The translations under genes were made by a program, and so were the position numbers. The notes under the pieces were generated by a model that did not search any database, was not told the DNA's origin, and was given only the letters and a program-made list of their open reading frames with translations. From positions 14,198,001-14,262,000 of the forward strand of contig CM075980.1 in the NCBI GenBank assembly GCA_038087875.1: a DNA stretch of 64,000 nt, given 5' to 3'. The stretch's first letter is position 1; every line of letters begins with the position of its first letter. Positions 51,850-64,000 of the stretch are shown here, piece after piece. Source of the stretch: Malacoraja senta (Eukaryota).

Positions 51850-52715
51850 CATATAACAGTCTTACTTAGACTTAGTTCCTGCCACACTGTTGAGTGCATT
51901 GGGCAACAAGCTTTCGCCATTCTGTTTGGTTATATGCGACGTCTTCCACCCTCGTTAGGCTTGCGTCCCGGGCTTCCAAATCCTTCTGGAATGTTCGCCT
52001 CCATGTGAGTTTTGGTCGGCCTCTTTTCCTTCTTCCGTCAGGTTGCCATGTCATTGGTATCTTAGGTGCATGTTCTGGTGACATTCTGAGTACATGTCCT
52101 GCAAATTTCATCCTGTGTATCTCTATGTCCTGGCTGAGAGGCTTTGTTGCAATTTCACGGTAGATCTCCTCGTTTGTGATGTGGTCTCTGTAGCTAGTCT
52201 TCAGGATCTTCCTTAAGCAGTGTTGGAATGCATCCAATTTATTTTTCATCTTCACATTGATTTTCCATGTCTCACTGGCATAGAGAGCTGTAGGGAGGAC
52301 TACGGACTGGAAGAGCTTGACTTTTAGCATCTTGGATATCCTGCCACTAGACCATATTTGCTGCATTCGTCTGAAGACTGATGCAGCTTTACCAATTCGG
52401 GAGTTGATGTCGACCTCTACATCTCCATCTACTGTGAGCATGCTGCCAAGATAGGTAAATCTTGTGGCGATTTCCCACAGGTTCCTCATTGATTATCAGT
52501 TGGTCTATTGGCTGCTGGTCTTCAGTCTGCATGGTCTTTGTCTTTTGGCAGCTGATCTTTAATCCAACCTTTGATGCATTCTCCTCCAGAGCGGTTGTCA
52601 TCTCTAGAAGGGTGTGTCTCGACCCTGCTAATAGTGCAATGTCATAGGCAAAATCTAGGTCTGTGGGGCGTCTACCTGTTCACGGTATTCCAAAGTCAGG
52701 TTTGTTCATTGTCTT
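51850..52715 (-). mobile_element. RTE-clade LINE, 3' portion
   Basis: DLDFAYDIALL, FTYLGS, YASETW, RKRGRPKLTW; continues at 54447-54630. Confidence 0.85.
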
Positions 52716-54446
52716 TCCCTTACCTCACATAATTCCATTCACGAAGGAGAAGGATATGGAATTATGTGAGGTAAGGGAAACGAGCAGAGTAGCAATGGAA
52801 ACTGTGAAATTCAAAGAAGAGGAGGTGCAGACACTTTTGAAAAATATGAAAACGGATAAGTCTCCAGGTCCTGACAGGATATTCCCTAGGACATTGAGGG
52901 AAGTTAGTGTAGAAATAGCAGGGGCTATGACAGAAATATTTCAAATGTCATTAAAAACGGGAATAGTGCCGGAGGATTGGCGTACTGCGCATGTTGTTCC
53001 GTTGTTTAAAAAGGGTTCGAAGAGTAAACCTAGCAATTATAGACCTGTTAGTTTGACGTCAGTGGTGGGCAAATTAATGGAAAGGATACTTAAAGATAAT
53101 ATATATAAGCATCTGGATAAGCAGGGTCTGATTAGGAACAGTCAACATGGATTTGTGCCTGGAAGGTCATGCTTGACTAATCTTCTTGAATTTTTCAAAG
53201 AGGTTACTAGGGAAATTGATGAGGGTAAAGCAGTGGATGTTGTCTATATGGACTTCAGTAAGGCCTTTGACAAGGTTCCTCATGGAAGGTTGGTTAAGAA
53301 GATTCAATTGTTGGGTATTAATGGTGGAGTAGCAAGATGGATTCAACAGTGGCTGAATGGGAGATGCCAGAGAGTAATGGTGGATGGCTGTTTGTCAGGT
53401 TGGAGGCCGGTGACTAGTGGGGTGCCTCAGGGGTCTGTGTTGGGTCCACTGTTGTTTGTCATGTACATCAATGATCTGGATGATGGTGTGGAAAATGGGA
53501 TTAGTAAGTATGCAGATGATACTAAGATAGGTGGTGTTGTGGATAATGAAGTAGATTTTCAAAGTCTACAGAGAGATTTAGGCCATTTGGAAGAGTGGGC
53601 TGAAAGATGGCAGATGGAGTTTAATGCTGACAAATGTGAGGTGCTACATCTCGGCAGGACAAATCAAAATAGGACGTACACGGTAAATGGTAGCGAATTG
53701 AGGAATGCAGTTGAACAGAGGGATCTAGGAATAACTGTGCATAGTTCCCTGAAGGTGGAATCTCATGTAGATAGGGTGGTAAAGAAAGCTTTTGGTGTGC
53801 TGGCCTTTATAAATCAGAGCATTGAATATAGAAGTTGGGATGTAATGTTAAAATTGTACAAGGCATTGGTGAGGCCAATTCTGGAGTATGGAGTACAATT
53901 TTGGTCGCCTAATTATAGGAAGGATGTCAACAAAATAGAGAGAGTACAGAGGAGATTTACTAGAATGTTGCCTGGGTTTCAGCAACTAAGTTACAGAGAA
54001 AGGTTGAACAAGTTAGGTCTTTATTCTTTGGAGCGCAGAAGGTTAAGAGGGGACTTGATAGAGGTCTTTAAAATTATGAGCGGGTTAGACAGAGTGGACG
54101 TGGATAAGCTTTTCCCATTGAGAGTAGGGAAGATTCAAACAAGGGGACATGACTTGAGAATTAAGGGACAGAAGTTTAGGGGGAACATTAGGGGGAACTT
54201 CTTTACTCAGAGAGTGGTAGCTGTGTGGAATGAGCTTCCAGTGGAAGTGGTGGAGGCAGGTTCGATGTTATCCTTTAAAAATAGATTGGATGGGTATATG
54301 GACGGGAAAGGAATGGAGGGTTATGGTCTGAGTGCAGGTAGATGGGACTAGGGGGAAGTATTTATTTTTAATTTAAAAAAATGTAAATGTTCGGCACGGA
54401 CTTGAAGGGCCGAGATGGCCTGTTTCCGTGCTGTTATGGTTATATG
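52716..54446 (+). mobile_element. Young 5'-truncated CR1 LINE with uninterrupted RT frame, inserted into an RTE LINE
   Basis: ORF 52663-54351 (SPGPD, YRPVSLTS, DFSKAFD, GVPQGS, YADD); 3' tail gttatatg; probable gtctt duplication. Confidence 0.95.
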
Positions 54447-54630
54447 GTCTTCCGCATGACATAGTAGATTGTGACAATAAATAGTAAGGGGGATAGAAGG
54501 CAACCATGTCTTACCCCTGTGACAATGACAATGAATTCTGTGTTTCCTGAATCAACCTTGACGCAGCAACTGGATCCCTTGTAAAGGTTCTTGAAGATGT
54601 TTATGAAAGCCTCTGGGATGCCATACACTT
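54447..54630 (-). mobile_element. RTE-clade LINE, upstream part split off by the CR1 insertion
   Basis: YGIPEAFINIFKNLY...TGVRHGCLLSPLLF...VMRKT rejoins MNKPDFGIPW across the CR1. Confidence 0.8.
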
Positions 54631-55839
54631 TAAGAACAGTACAGCATAGAAAAGACTCTTCGACCCTAATGCCTATGCCAATCATGATGCCAAATTAAAC
54701 CAATCTCCTCTGCCTGCTCTGTTCCATATCCCTCCATTCCTTGCACATCCATATGCCTATCTAAAAGCATCTTAAACACCATTATTATGTCTGTTTCCAC
54801 CACCACCCCTGGCAGCATGTTCCAGGCACTTACCACTCAGTGTAAAAGAAAGCTGTGCAGATTTCCGTTAAACTTACCCTCTCTGACCTTAAACCTATGC
54901 CCTCTATGACATTTCCACACTGGGAGAAAGGTTCTGACTAACATGTTCGTAATTTTTATCTAGACATCCCTCAATCTCTGATGCTCCAGAGAAAACAGTC
55001 AAAGTTTGTCAAACCTTACCTTATAGCTAATACCCTCCAATCCTGGCAGCATTCTGGTAAACCTCTTCCGGACTCTCTCCAAACCCACCACAAACTTTGA
55101 CCATGAATGCATATAATACTCCAAATGCAGCTGAACCAAAGTTTTATAAAACTACAAATGATTTCCTGACTATAATGCCATCTGGCTTTTTTTATCACTA
55201 TTTTTTCTTGTAAGGGGGCAATCATCCATTTAATTGGCTGTGGTGCTTCAAATTATGACAGTACACCCTCTTTCAATCTGCTCCTGATGGGAGATACTGT
55301 CTTGTGGTCATTGTGATATGGTATTTTGAAGATCAACTCAAATTTGGCACATTTAAAATCTCATAATTTAAGGGCCTTTCAATCTATAGTACCATTTTAG
55401 TAGGATAGGCATCTAAATCATCTGGCTGGATTATTTTATTAACTCGTCTTTTGTGAAGACAGATTTATCCACCTAACGTAGAGTGAATTAATCTGCAACT
55501 CTGAGATTCTCCCAGGAAGATGCAACATGCTAATTCTTCACATTTAATTTCACAATGCAACAGTGCACTTCCAGCAAATCTGGACGTGATGGGGTGTGCA
55601 GCAAACTGGACATGTCATCTTCAATGGGCATATTCGAAATGATGGAATCAGAGCTCTGACCTCTGATGAGCTGCCCACATACTTCTCTTCAGCAGCTCTC
55701 GGGAAACCCGTCCTATTGGTGTAAAGCAGATGAAGGGGAAGAAATGAACCAACACGATTTGTCTCAATGAAGGTTAAATGATTATTGTATGTAATGTTTA
55801 GTGCCGTCATGTATGATTTGCCCTATTCAAGATGGCAGG

Positions 55840-56066
55840 CCTCCACGAAGTGCGGCCCTCATTTAAATAACAGCCAGCGCGTGCCGTGCCGTGCCGGCCC
55901 GCGGCCGTTGGTGGCTGCGGTCGACGCGCGCTTGGGGTGCGCTCCGGGAGCGCGGGGATGGGCAGCAGCGGCAGTCCTTTTGCGCTGCGCCATAAGTAAA
56001 TCAAACAGCCCGGGGTTTTTTTCACCTCTCCTTCGCAGCGAATGCTCTTTACTAGTGTAAATAACA
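55840..56066 (+). promoter_or_regulatory. CpG-island promoter upstream of the UBL exon
   Basis: Abrupt GC/CpG-rich stretch with no recognisable repeat. Confidence 0.55.
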
Positions 56067-56337
56067 ATGAGCGACGATAGCGACGAATCAAACTCCTTTG
56101 AAGTAACTGTTTTGCTGGCGGATGGAAAGGAGGTGAGGGTGGAGATTAGGCCGGACGACACGATCGAGGATGTGAAGGAGAGATTGATCGCGGAGATCGA
56201 GGGCAGCAGCTGGCAGGTGGTGCGTTGGAGCCCCGAGCTCATCACCTTGGCGTCCGGTCACCTCCCACTGAACGACGACGACACGGTCGCAGAGTCTGGA
56301 CTTAGGGCAGAGTCTGCAATTGTTCAACATTACACAA
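56067..56337 (+). CDS. Putative first coding exon of an unassigned gene with an N-terminal ubiquitin-like domain
   Basis: FEVTVLLADGKEVRVEIRPDDTIEDVKERL...[18 protein letters not shown] parallels the ubiquitin pattern; lies in a CpG island; acaATG start; phase-1 donor A|GTATGT. Confidence 0.65.
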
Positions 56338-58321
56338 GTATGTGCCCCTTTGGTTGGTTACTTCTCCGGGCTGTTATATTTGGGAAGGATCACATATTCC
56401 AAATTAATAAAAAAATAACGAAGTTGTCCGATTTGATGGCTATGAACCTGTATTGGTTGGAGCTTAGACGAATGAGGAGAGAAGAGGGGAGTACCTCATG
56501 GAAAACCACTGAATAATGACAGAGAATGGATGTGGAGAGGATGTTTCCAGTGGAGGGAGAGTTGAGGATCAGAGGTAACAGCATCAGAGTAAAAGAACGT
56601 ACCTTTAGAATGGAGATGAGGACAAATTTCTTCAGAGAGACGGTGCTGAATCTGTGGAATTCATTACTACAGGTCGGTGGAGGCCAAATCATTGGGTAGT
56701 TTTAAAGCGGAGATTGATAAGTTCTTGATTAGTAAGGGCATTGAAGGTTACAGAGAGAAGGCAGGAGAATGGGTTTGAGAGGGAAAAATAGATCAGCCAT
56801 GATCGAATGGCGGAGAAGACTTGATTGAATGGCCTAATTCCAGTTTTTCACATGATCTTATGATTGTTTATTCACCAGAATAAATCATAAATTAAGTACA
56901 ATGGATCATAAAAAGATGGGCATGCTTCTTGGATTAAGTAATTGGGAATAAGAAAAAGGTAATTGAATTTATAGAAAAATGCAAAGTTGAGGTCTAATCC
57001 TTTTTAATGTTCCCAAAATTTCATAGCTAATTACGCTTTACGAGTGGACACCCAGTGATTATGTCCAATAATCTGATAAGTGATGTTATTATGATCAAAA
57101 TCTCTTATCATCTTGCTCTGTATGTATGAGGTAGTCAGGACAAGAGTGTGATCGGGTGTGGAGCAGGTAGCGACCATAAGGTCCTAAATGAGTTCCTATC
57201 AATATTCACCATGGAGAAAGCCATGAAAGTTAGTGATTTCAGGGAGTGGTAAGCGGATAAATCTGTAGAAGGTCAGTATTAAGTAGGAGATGGTAGATGC
57301 CATGAGATACATAAGAGTTGATAAATCCCAACGGCTAGGTAAAATCTATTCCATCTCCAGAGATGCTGCCTGATTGCAGAGTTATTCCAGCGCTTTGTAT
57401 GTAAACCGACATCTACAGTCGAAGATCTATTCCCTGTTGCTATGTGAATCAAGGGAGGAGATAACTAGGGACTGATGGAGGCTGTTGCATTTTTGTCAGT
57501 CACAGATGAGGTGCTAGAAAACTGGAGGATAGTTTATGTCCCTTTATATAAGGGCAGCAGGGATAAGACAGGTAGCTGCTGGCCTGTGAGCTTTTAATCA
57601 GTAGTAGGGATATTATTGGAGAAGATATTGCCTGGATTGGAGGAATTTAGTTATGGGAAGAGATTTGATGGGTTGAATGATAAGCAAAATAGGCTGAAGG
57701 ATGACCTGATAGGATATATAAAATTATAAGGGGTAATGATAGGATAGACAGTCAGAATTGTCATCCCATGGTAGGAGTGTAAAATGGTATTGGCTTAAGA
57801 TAAGAGGAAGACATTGTAAAGGTGATTTAAGGAGAACGTCTTACACTGAGAATTGTTGATATCTGGGACTTGCTGTCAGTTGAGGTGGTGAGTCCGATGC
57901 AATCACTACATCCCTTGCATATCCATGTACCCATCTAAAAGCCACTTAAATGTCACTATTGTATCTGGCCCGTCTTCTGCCCTTGGCAGTGAAGGTCCGG
58001 GCACCGAGCATCTACTTTAAACTTTCCCCCGCTCACCTTAAACCTATGCCCGCCTGCGTTTTCACTGTGGGAAAAAGATTGATTATCTAAAAAAACAGAC
58101 AGTACTAAAGCAACTCAGTGGGTCAGGCAGCATCTCTGGAGAACATGGATGGGTGAAGTTTTGGGTCGGGATCTTTCTTCAGACTGATTGGGCGGGAAGA
58201 AAGCTAGAAGTGAGGAGGGGCACGAGATAGCCTGGCAAGTAACGGGTGATACAGGTGAGTGGTTTCTTGATAGGCAGATGGTTGGACAAAGGTTAGAGAT
58301 GAAAGGAAGGTGTGAGACAAA

Positions 58322-59012
58322 AGGGCCTGTCCCACTTGTCCTTGGCACGCAAATTACGCGACCTCGTGGTCGCATTGAGCTGCGATGGTCCCGTGAAGGT
58401 CGGGCGCGATTACATGCATACGCACAGCCGTCTGGATCCCGTGACGTCATTTGAAGATGGACACAAAGCTGGAGTAACTCAGCGGGATCGGCAGCATCTC
58501 TGGAGAGAAGCAATGGGTGATGTTTTGTGTCGAGACTCTTCTTCAGTCTGAAAAGAAGGGTCTTGACCTGAAACGTCACCCATTGCTTCTCTCCAGAGAT
58601 ACTGCCGGTCCCGCTGAGTTACTCCTGCATTTTGTGTCTATCTTCAATTTTATTGGCCCCGCTCTGGGAGTAGAAGTGGGGGCGGATCCGGACCGCAACG
58701 GCCGTGAGCCCCAGGCCGAGTTCGGCGATCGTTTGCCTGCTTCTGCTGCTGTTGGAGGTGAGACGTTGCGTCGCGCCAGGGTCTTGGGCCTGTTCCACTT
58801 TGGCCGTCAGTTCCGCAACAGGCCATTGGTGCGCGAAGATTTCATTCACTACAAAAATTTCGGCGCCCCGTGCGATGTCGCGCACAACTACATACCCCTC
58901 CGCGCTTTTAAGTGGGACCGGCCCCGCGCGGCCATACGATGCACGTGCGCCTCAACGCGACCACGAGGTCGCGTAATTTGCGTGCCAAGGACACGTAAGT
59001 GGGGCAGGCCCT
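58322..59012. mobile_element. Harbinger-type MITE, itself interrupted by a palindromic Penelope-derived element (~58452-58647)
   Basis: TIR agggcctgtcccactt/aagtggggcaggccct with long subterminal inverted homology; 3-bp AAA flanks. Confidence 0.8.
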
Positions 59013-59099
59013 AAAAGGAGATGCTGACCGACCTGCTGAGTTAGTCCAGCACCTTGTGTCTTTTTATGTCTTTCCAGCATCTGCAATTTCATATTTCTA

Positions 59100-61800
59100 T
59101 TTTATGATTGTCTACCCTATCTGTGTGTCTCATAAATTTCTATTAGCATATAAAGTTCTATCAGCATTTCCTCAGTCTCCGACACTCTAGTGAAAACAAT
59201 CCAAATCCTCTCCTCATAGCTCATACCTTCTAATCCAGATAGGTTCCAGGTACACCTCTTCTGCACCCTCTCCAAAGCCTCCACATCCTTCCTGTAATGC
59301 GCAACCAGTGCTGCACACAATGCTGCAAATGCTTGGAAACAAATTTACTGGAATTTATTTGAGGATGTAACTAATAGAATTAATGGTGAAGAACCAATGG
59401 ATGAGATTCATTAGGTATTTCAGGAAGCTATCAATAAGACTGCAATAAGAGAATAGCATGCAAAATTAAAGCACATGCATTATGGATTGGTGTGAGATGT
59501 TGATATGGATAGAGAAATAAAGTGTAAGAATGGGTATTTTTCTAAATGGCAGGCTGTGGCTTGCAGGGTATCAGAGGACCAGTGACCCCTGTCAGGACCC
59601 CTGATGTGCGTGATATATTTTAATGATTCGGATGAGGGAATTAAATGTATGTCTAAGTTTGTGGGTGACACAAATTTGTGTGGAAAGGTGAGCCTTGAGG
59701 AGGTTGCAAAGAATTTCAGGTTGATTTGCAAGTCGAGCAAATAGGCATATATACAGGTATAACAGGTGCAGTGTATGTGAAGTTATTCATGTTGATGATG
59801 ATAAAATAAATTATTGAATGGGCAAGGGGGAAGTGCATCAAAAATATAGGTGTTCTTGTGCACCAGTTACTGAAAGTAATCATGCAGGGAAAGCAGATGA
59901 TCAAGATGGCAAATTACATGCTGGACTTCATAATGGGGGGGTGGTGGGGTGAGTAAAGGAGCAGGATTGTCATGTTGCGATTATATAGAGTTTAGCTTGA
60001 CTGCACCAAGCTAAGCAGTTTTGACCTGGGGAATATTCTTGCTATTGAAAGTTCGGTAAAGGTACACCAGACTGATCCCTGGGATGGCAGGTATGATGTA
60101 GAAAGATAGAATGAGTCAAATGTTTATATCCACTATTTTATTTGAAGATTCAGTAAGGATCTCAAAATGTAATAAATTCAATCAGGACTGGACAGACAAG
60201 ATGCAGAAGGTTCTTTCTGATGGCTGGAGAATCCAGGACAAGGATCAAGATCTAAAGATAAGGAATTAGCCACTTGAGACAAAGATGAGGAGAACATTTT
60301 CTTCCATGAGTTACAACCTTTGAGAATTCTCTAACTCAGAAAATAGTTGAAACCAAAACATTAAATATTTTCAAGAGAGAACTAGATATTTTTCTGAGAA
60401 CTAGCGAGATCAAGGATAGACAGATGAAACACAGTATTGAATATCATCAGCCGTGATCATATTAAATGATGGAGAAGGCTCAAAGGGCCAAATGGCCTAT
60501 ATCGGATCCTATTTTTCGGTGTTTTAATGTTTTTTATCTTATCAATCGTGGGGATGCCTGGTCAAATTAGGGGTGTGATGCCATCCACCTAAATTGTCAC
60601 AGTAAAGTTAGATCAGTGACAATGAATTTTATTGACCATGGACAGAGGTTCTTTGTGTCAGAAGCATAAACCATAGAACGTTACAGTACAGGAACAGATG
60701 CTTCAGGTCACAATGTCTGTGCCAGACATGACGGCAAAACTAACTATTATTACCTACACTTAATCTTTATCCCTCCATTCTCTGCATATACATATGCCTA
60801 TCCAAAAGTCTTTTAAATGCCACTATCATATCTGTCTCCACCACCACTGCCAGCAGCATGTTCCAGACACACCCCTCTCTGTAATAAAAAAAGTCCCGCC
60901 TATCTCCTTTAATCTTTGCACTTGCACCGTAATGCTATGCCCGCTAGTATTTAATATTTGCATCCTGGGAAAAAAAGTCTGTTTGTCTACCATGTCTATG
61001 TTCTGATAATTTTATATACTTTTATCAGATCCCCCTGCAACCTCTGGCATTCCAGAGTAGATAATCCAAATCAGTCCAACTTCTCCTTGTAGTTAATAAC
61101 CACTGATCCAGGCATCACAGTAAACCTCCTCTGCCCCTTTCCAAAATCCCCACATCCTTCCTGTATTGAGGTAATCTGAACTGCACGCAGTACTCCAAAT
61201 ATGGTTTAACCAAAGTCCTATAAGCTGCATCATGACTTCCTGACTCAAACACACGCCATGCCCTGACCAATGAAGGAACTGCAGATGCTGATTTAAACCG
61301 AAGATAGACACAAAAAGCTGGAGTAACTCAGCGGGTCAAGCAGCATCTCTGGGGAAAAGGAACAGGTGACTTTCCGACCCGAAATGTCATTTTCCTTTTC
61401 TCCAAAGATGCTGCCTGACCCGCTGAGTTAATCCAGCTTTTTGTGTCTATCTTAAGCATTCCAGGTGCCTTATTTACCACTTTATCTACTTGTGTTGCCA
61501 CTTTCAGGGAGTTATGGACTTGACCCCAAGATCCCTTTGCACTTCACTGCTATTAAGGGTCTTGCCATTAATTGTATATTTTCCCCTTTCATTCAACCAC
61601 CCAAATTACAACACCCCACACTTGCTCGGAAAAAAATCCATCAGCCATTTCTTAGACCATTTCTCTAGCTTATATATATATATCGCTCTGATTACTTTGA
61701 CAGCCTTCCTCACAGTCCATGACCACAACAATTTTGGAGTCATCTGCAAACTTGCCAACCAACCCATCGACATTTACGTCCGAATCAATTATATACAGTA
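59100..61800. mobile_element. Cluster of decayed CR1 fragments in both orientations
   Basis: VGKFADDSKI, LERVQKR and CR1 3' UTR remnants. Confidence 0.7.
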
Positions 61801-63390
61801 CTAGTCTAAGTGGGACCCGTTGGGTCCCAGCATCACACGGGAGGGCTGGTCCCCAACGCAATATTCCACCTCTCCACCAATTCCAATATTGCTCGCCAGT
61901 GGGGGGAGGGGGGGCTTTCTGTTGCGCTAGTACGGGTGTTGCGGGCCGAAGGTACTGGTTTCCAGAGGGCTAGTATAGACATTGTGGGCCGAATGGATTC
62001 TTGGGCTGGCAGCCAACTGTTACAATGATTTTAAAAGCCAAGCCAAGGCAAACAGTTTGGCTGCAGCCACCTGACAACCAAAATTCACTTTGTGAACACA
62101 AACTTTTTCAAAGGCGAGGCAAACAATTTGGCTGCAGCCACCTGACAACCAAAACTAATTTTGTGAACACAAACTTTTTAAAAGGCGAGGCAAACAATTT
62201 GGCTGCAGCCACCTGACAACCAAAACTCATTTTGTGAACACAAACTTTTTAAAAGGCGAGGCAAACAATTTGGCTGCAGCCACCTGACAACCAAAATTCA
62301 TTTTGTGAACACAAACTTTTTAAAAGGCGAGGCAAACAATTTGGCTGCAGCCACCTGACAACCAAAATTCATTTTGTGAACACAAACTTTTTAAAAGGCG
62401 AGGCAAACAATTTGGCTGCAGCCACCTGACAACCAAAATTCATTTTGTGAACACAAACTTTTTAAAAGGCGAGGCAAACAATTTGGCTGCAGCCACCTGA
62501 CAACCAAAATTCATTTTGTGAACACAAACTTTTTAAAAGGCGAGGCAAACAATTTGGCTGCAGCCACCTGACAACCAAAATTTATTTTGTGAACACAAAC
62601 TTTTTAAAAAGGCGAGGCAAACAATTGGGCAGCAGCCACCTGACAACCAACATTTATTTTGTGAACACTAACTTTTTAAAAAGGCGAGGCAAACAATTGG
62701 ACAGCAGCCACCTGACAACCAAAATTCATTTTGTGAACACAAACTTTTTTAAAAGGCGAGGCAAACAATTGGGCAGCAGCCACCCGACAACCAAAATTCA
62801 TTTTGTGAACACAAACTTTTTTAAAAGGCGAGGCAAACAATTGGGCAGCAGCCACCCGACAATCAAAATTCATTTTGTGAAAACAAACTTTTTAAAAAGG
62901 CGAGGCAAACAATTGGGCAGCAGCCACCTGACAACCAAAATTCATTTTGTGAACACAAATTTAAAAAAAGGTGAGGCAAATAATTGGGCAGTAGCCGCCT
63001 GACAACCAAAATTCATTTTGTGAACACAAACATTTAAAAAAGGCGAGGCAAACAATTGGGCAGCAGCCACTTTACAGCCGCATCGAGGGGACTCACCGTG
63101 GAGTAGACGTGCATTCAGTGTTATTCGCAGCTCTGCCAGACCCAGGAAGCGTGACCCTCTCGCTTCCTGGGTCTGGCAGAGACTGAGTGAGGGACTACAC
63201 TTCCGGGTTTTATAGTCCCTTCCCCCCCTCTCTGATTTTTCATCGATGGGAAAAATCCTCCGGTGCCGGAAGGCGGAGGGGGGCTCTGAGCGAGGTGGCC
63301 AAAAATGACGGCCGTAAGTGGCGGCGTTCTCTCGGAAATCGCAGCACAGTGGGCCAAAAACAGTCAAGATCAGACTTTTAATAATATAGA
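61801..63390 (-). mobile_element. Non-autonomous Helitron carrying a 71-72 bp minisatellite, inserted in a CR1 fragment
   Basis: Minus strand A|TCTATATTATTAAAAGTCTG ... tgggaccc-aac-gggtccca hairpin ... CTAG|T; CR1 resumes across the site without a TSD. Confidence 0.85.
62050..63070. repeat. Minisatellite, 71-72 bp unit, 14 full copies plus a partial
   Basis: Unit starts at 62050, 62121, 62192, 62263, 62334, 62405, 62476, 62547, 62619, 62691, 62763, 62835, 62907, 62978, 63050. Confidence 0.95.
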
Positions 63391-63609
63391 TACCACAAAC
63401 AGAGGTCCCAACACAACCACTTCATGCATAGGAGTTCAACAGTTTTTGAGGAGCTGCTAGGACAAACTGCTTTATTTGAAATATTTCACTGAATATTTTG
63501 GAAAATATACAAAACATTTTGTAGAAGGAAAGATTGGAAATCAGAAATGTAGTCATCAGTTAATATCATACAGCTTTATTGGTCACAATGTTTTGCTTAT
63601 GTTTTACAG

Positions 63610-63642
63610 CTCCAGATGGATCCGGAACCATTGATTACATGA
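63610..63642 (+). CDS. Possible downstream micro-exon of the UBL gene ((T)PDGSGTIDYM)
   Basis: ttttacag acceptor and gtaatg donor; phase 1 fits the 56337 donor; otherwise unsupported. Confidence 0.3.
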   Translation, partial: LQMDPEPLIT

Positions 63643-63824
63643 GTAATGTTTTACTTTACCTTCTTGTTAATTTAGAAAGTGTATATAACATAACTCTAAA
63701 TATATGTGTCTCATTGCATTCAAAACATGACGATATTTATAATTCTTTTTCAAATATACTCCAGAAAGAAAAATACTGATGATGTAGATATGCCCATTTT
63801 AAAATAAATGAAATGTGCTATTTA

Positions 63825-64000
63825 TCTCTATACCTATAAAAGTCTCATCTTGTATGTATGTGTGTGTGCGTGTATGCGTGTCTTTCTACCTTCGTCAAAA
63901 CACTACGCGCTAGTTGAAAATTTTACAGTTTATAACTCGCATTAACCTGGTCGACGCAATAAACAGGTTCCCTTCACATTTCATCCTAAATTTTAAAAGT
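63825..64000 (+). mobile_element. 5' end of another Helitron-family copy, running off the window
   Basis: A|TCTCTATACCTATAAAAGTCTCATCTTG(tg)n resembles the starts at 42044 and 63390. Confidence 0.6.

Noticed and set aside
52663-54351. 562-aa ORF as a host or domesticated gene
   Set aside because: 5'-truncated CR1 ORF2; its start lies in antisense RTE sequence and there is no endonuclease domain or promoter
56338-56516. C-terminal part of the 149-aa UBL ORF
   Set aside because: Composition drops to AT-rich after the GTATGT donor and runs into CR1 sequence; likely intron read-through
62050-63070. CRISPR-like regular array
   Set aside because: Whole units repeat with no unique spacers, there are no cas genes and the context is eukaryotic; it is a minisatellite inside a Helitron

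Overview
Eukaryotic, repeat-rich vertebrate DNA; the repeat families suggest a cartilaginous fish such as a skate or ray (inference). It holds the 5' part of POLE (coding exons 1-14, minus strand, running off the left edge) head-to-head with a complete 5-exon PXMP2 (plus strand, 191 aa), the same arrangement as in mammals. Downstream is a CpG-island exon encoding a divergent ubiquitin-like domain that I cannot assign to a known gene. Introns and intergenic DNA carry CR1 and RTE LINEs, Penelope fragments and their palindromic derivatives, tRNA-SINEs, two Tc1 elements, Harbinger MITEs, a full-length DIRS1 retroelement with intact ITR/ICR termini, and several non-autonomous Helitrons. Main observations: (1) four Helitron ends stacked behind exactly four TCTA copies, consistent with serial insertion into the previous copy's 5' end; (2) an in-frame Gly-Ser-Phe repeat in POLE exon 1; (3) the orphan UBL gene; (4) a possible antisense promoter and exons in PXMP2 intron 1; (5) a perfect 63-bp palindrome; (6) hammerhead-like cores in Penelope-derived repeats. 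All coordinates were read by eye and no searches were run.
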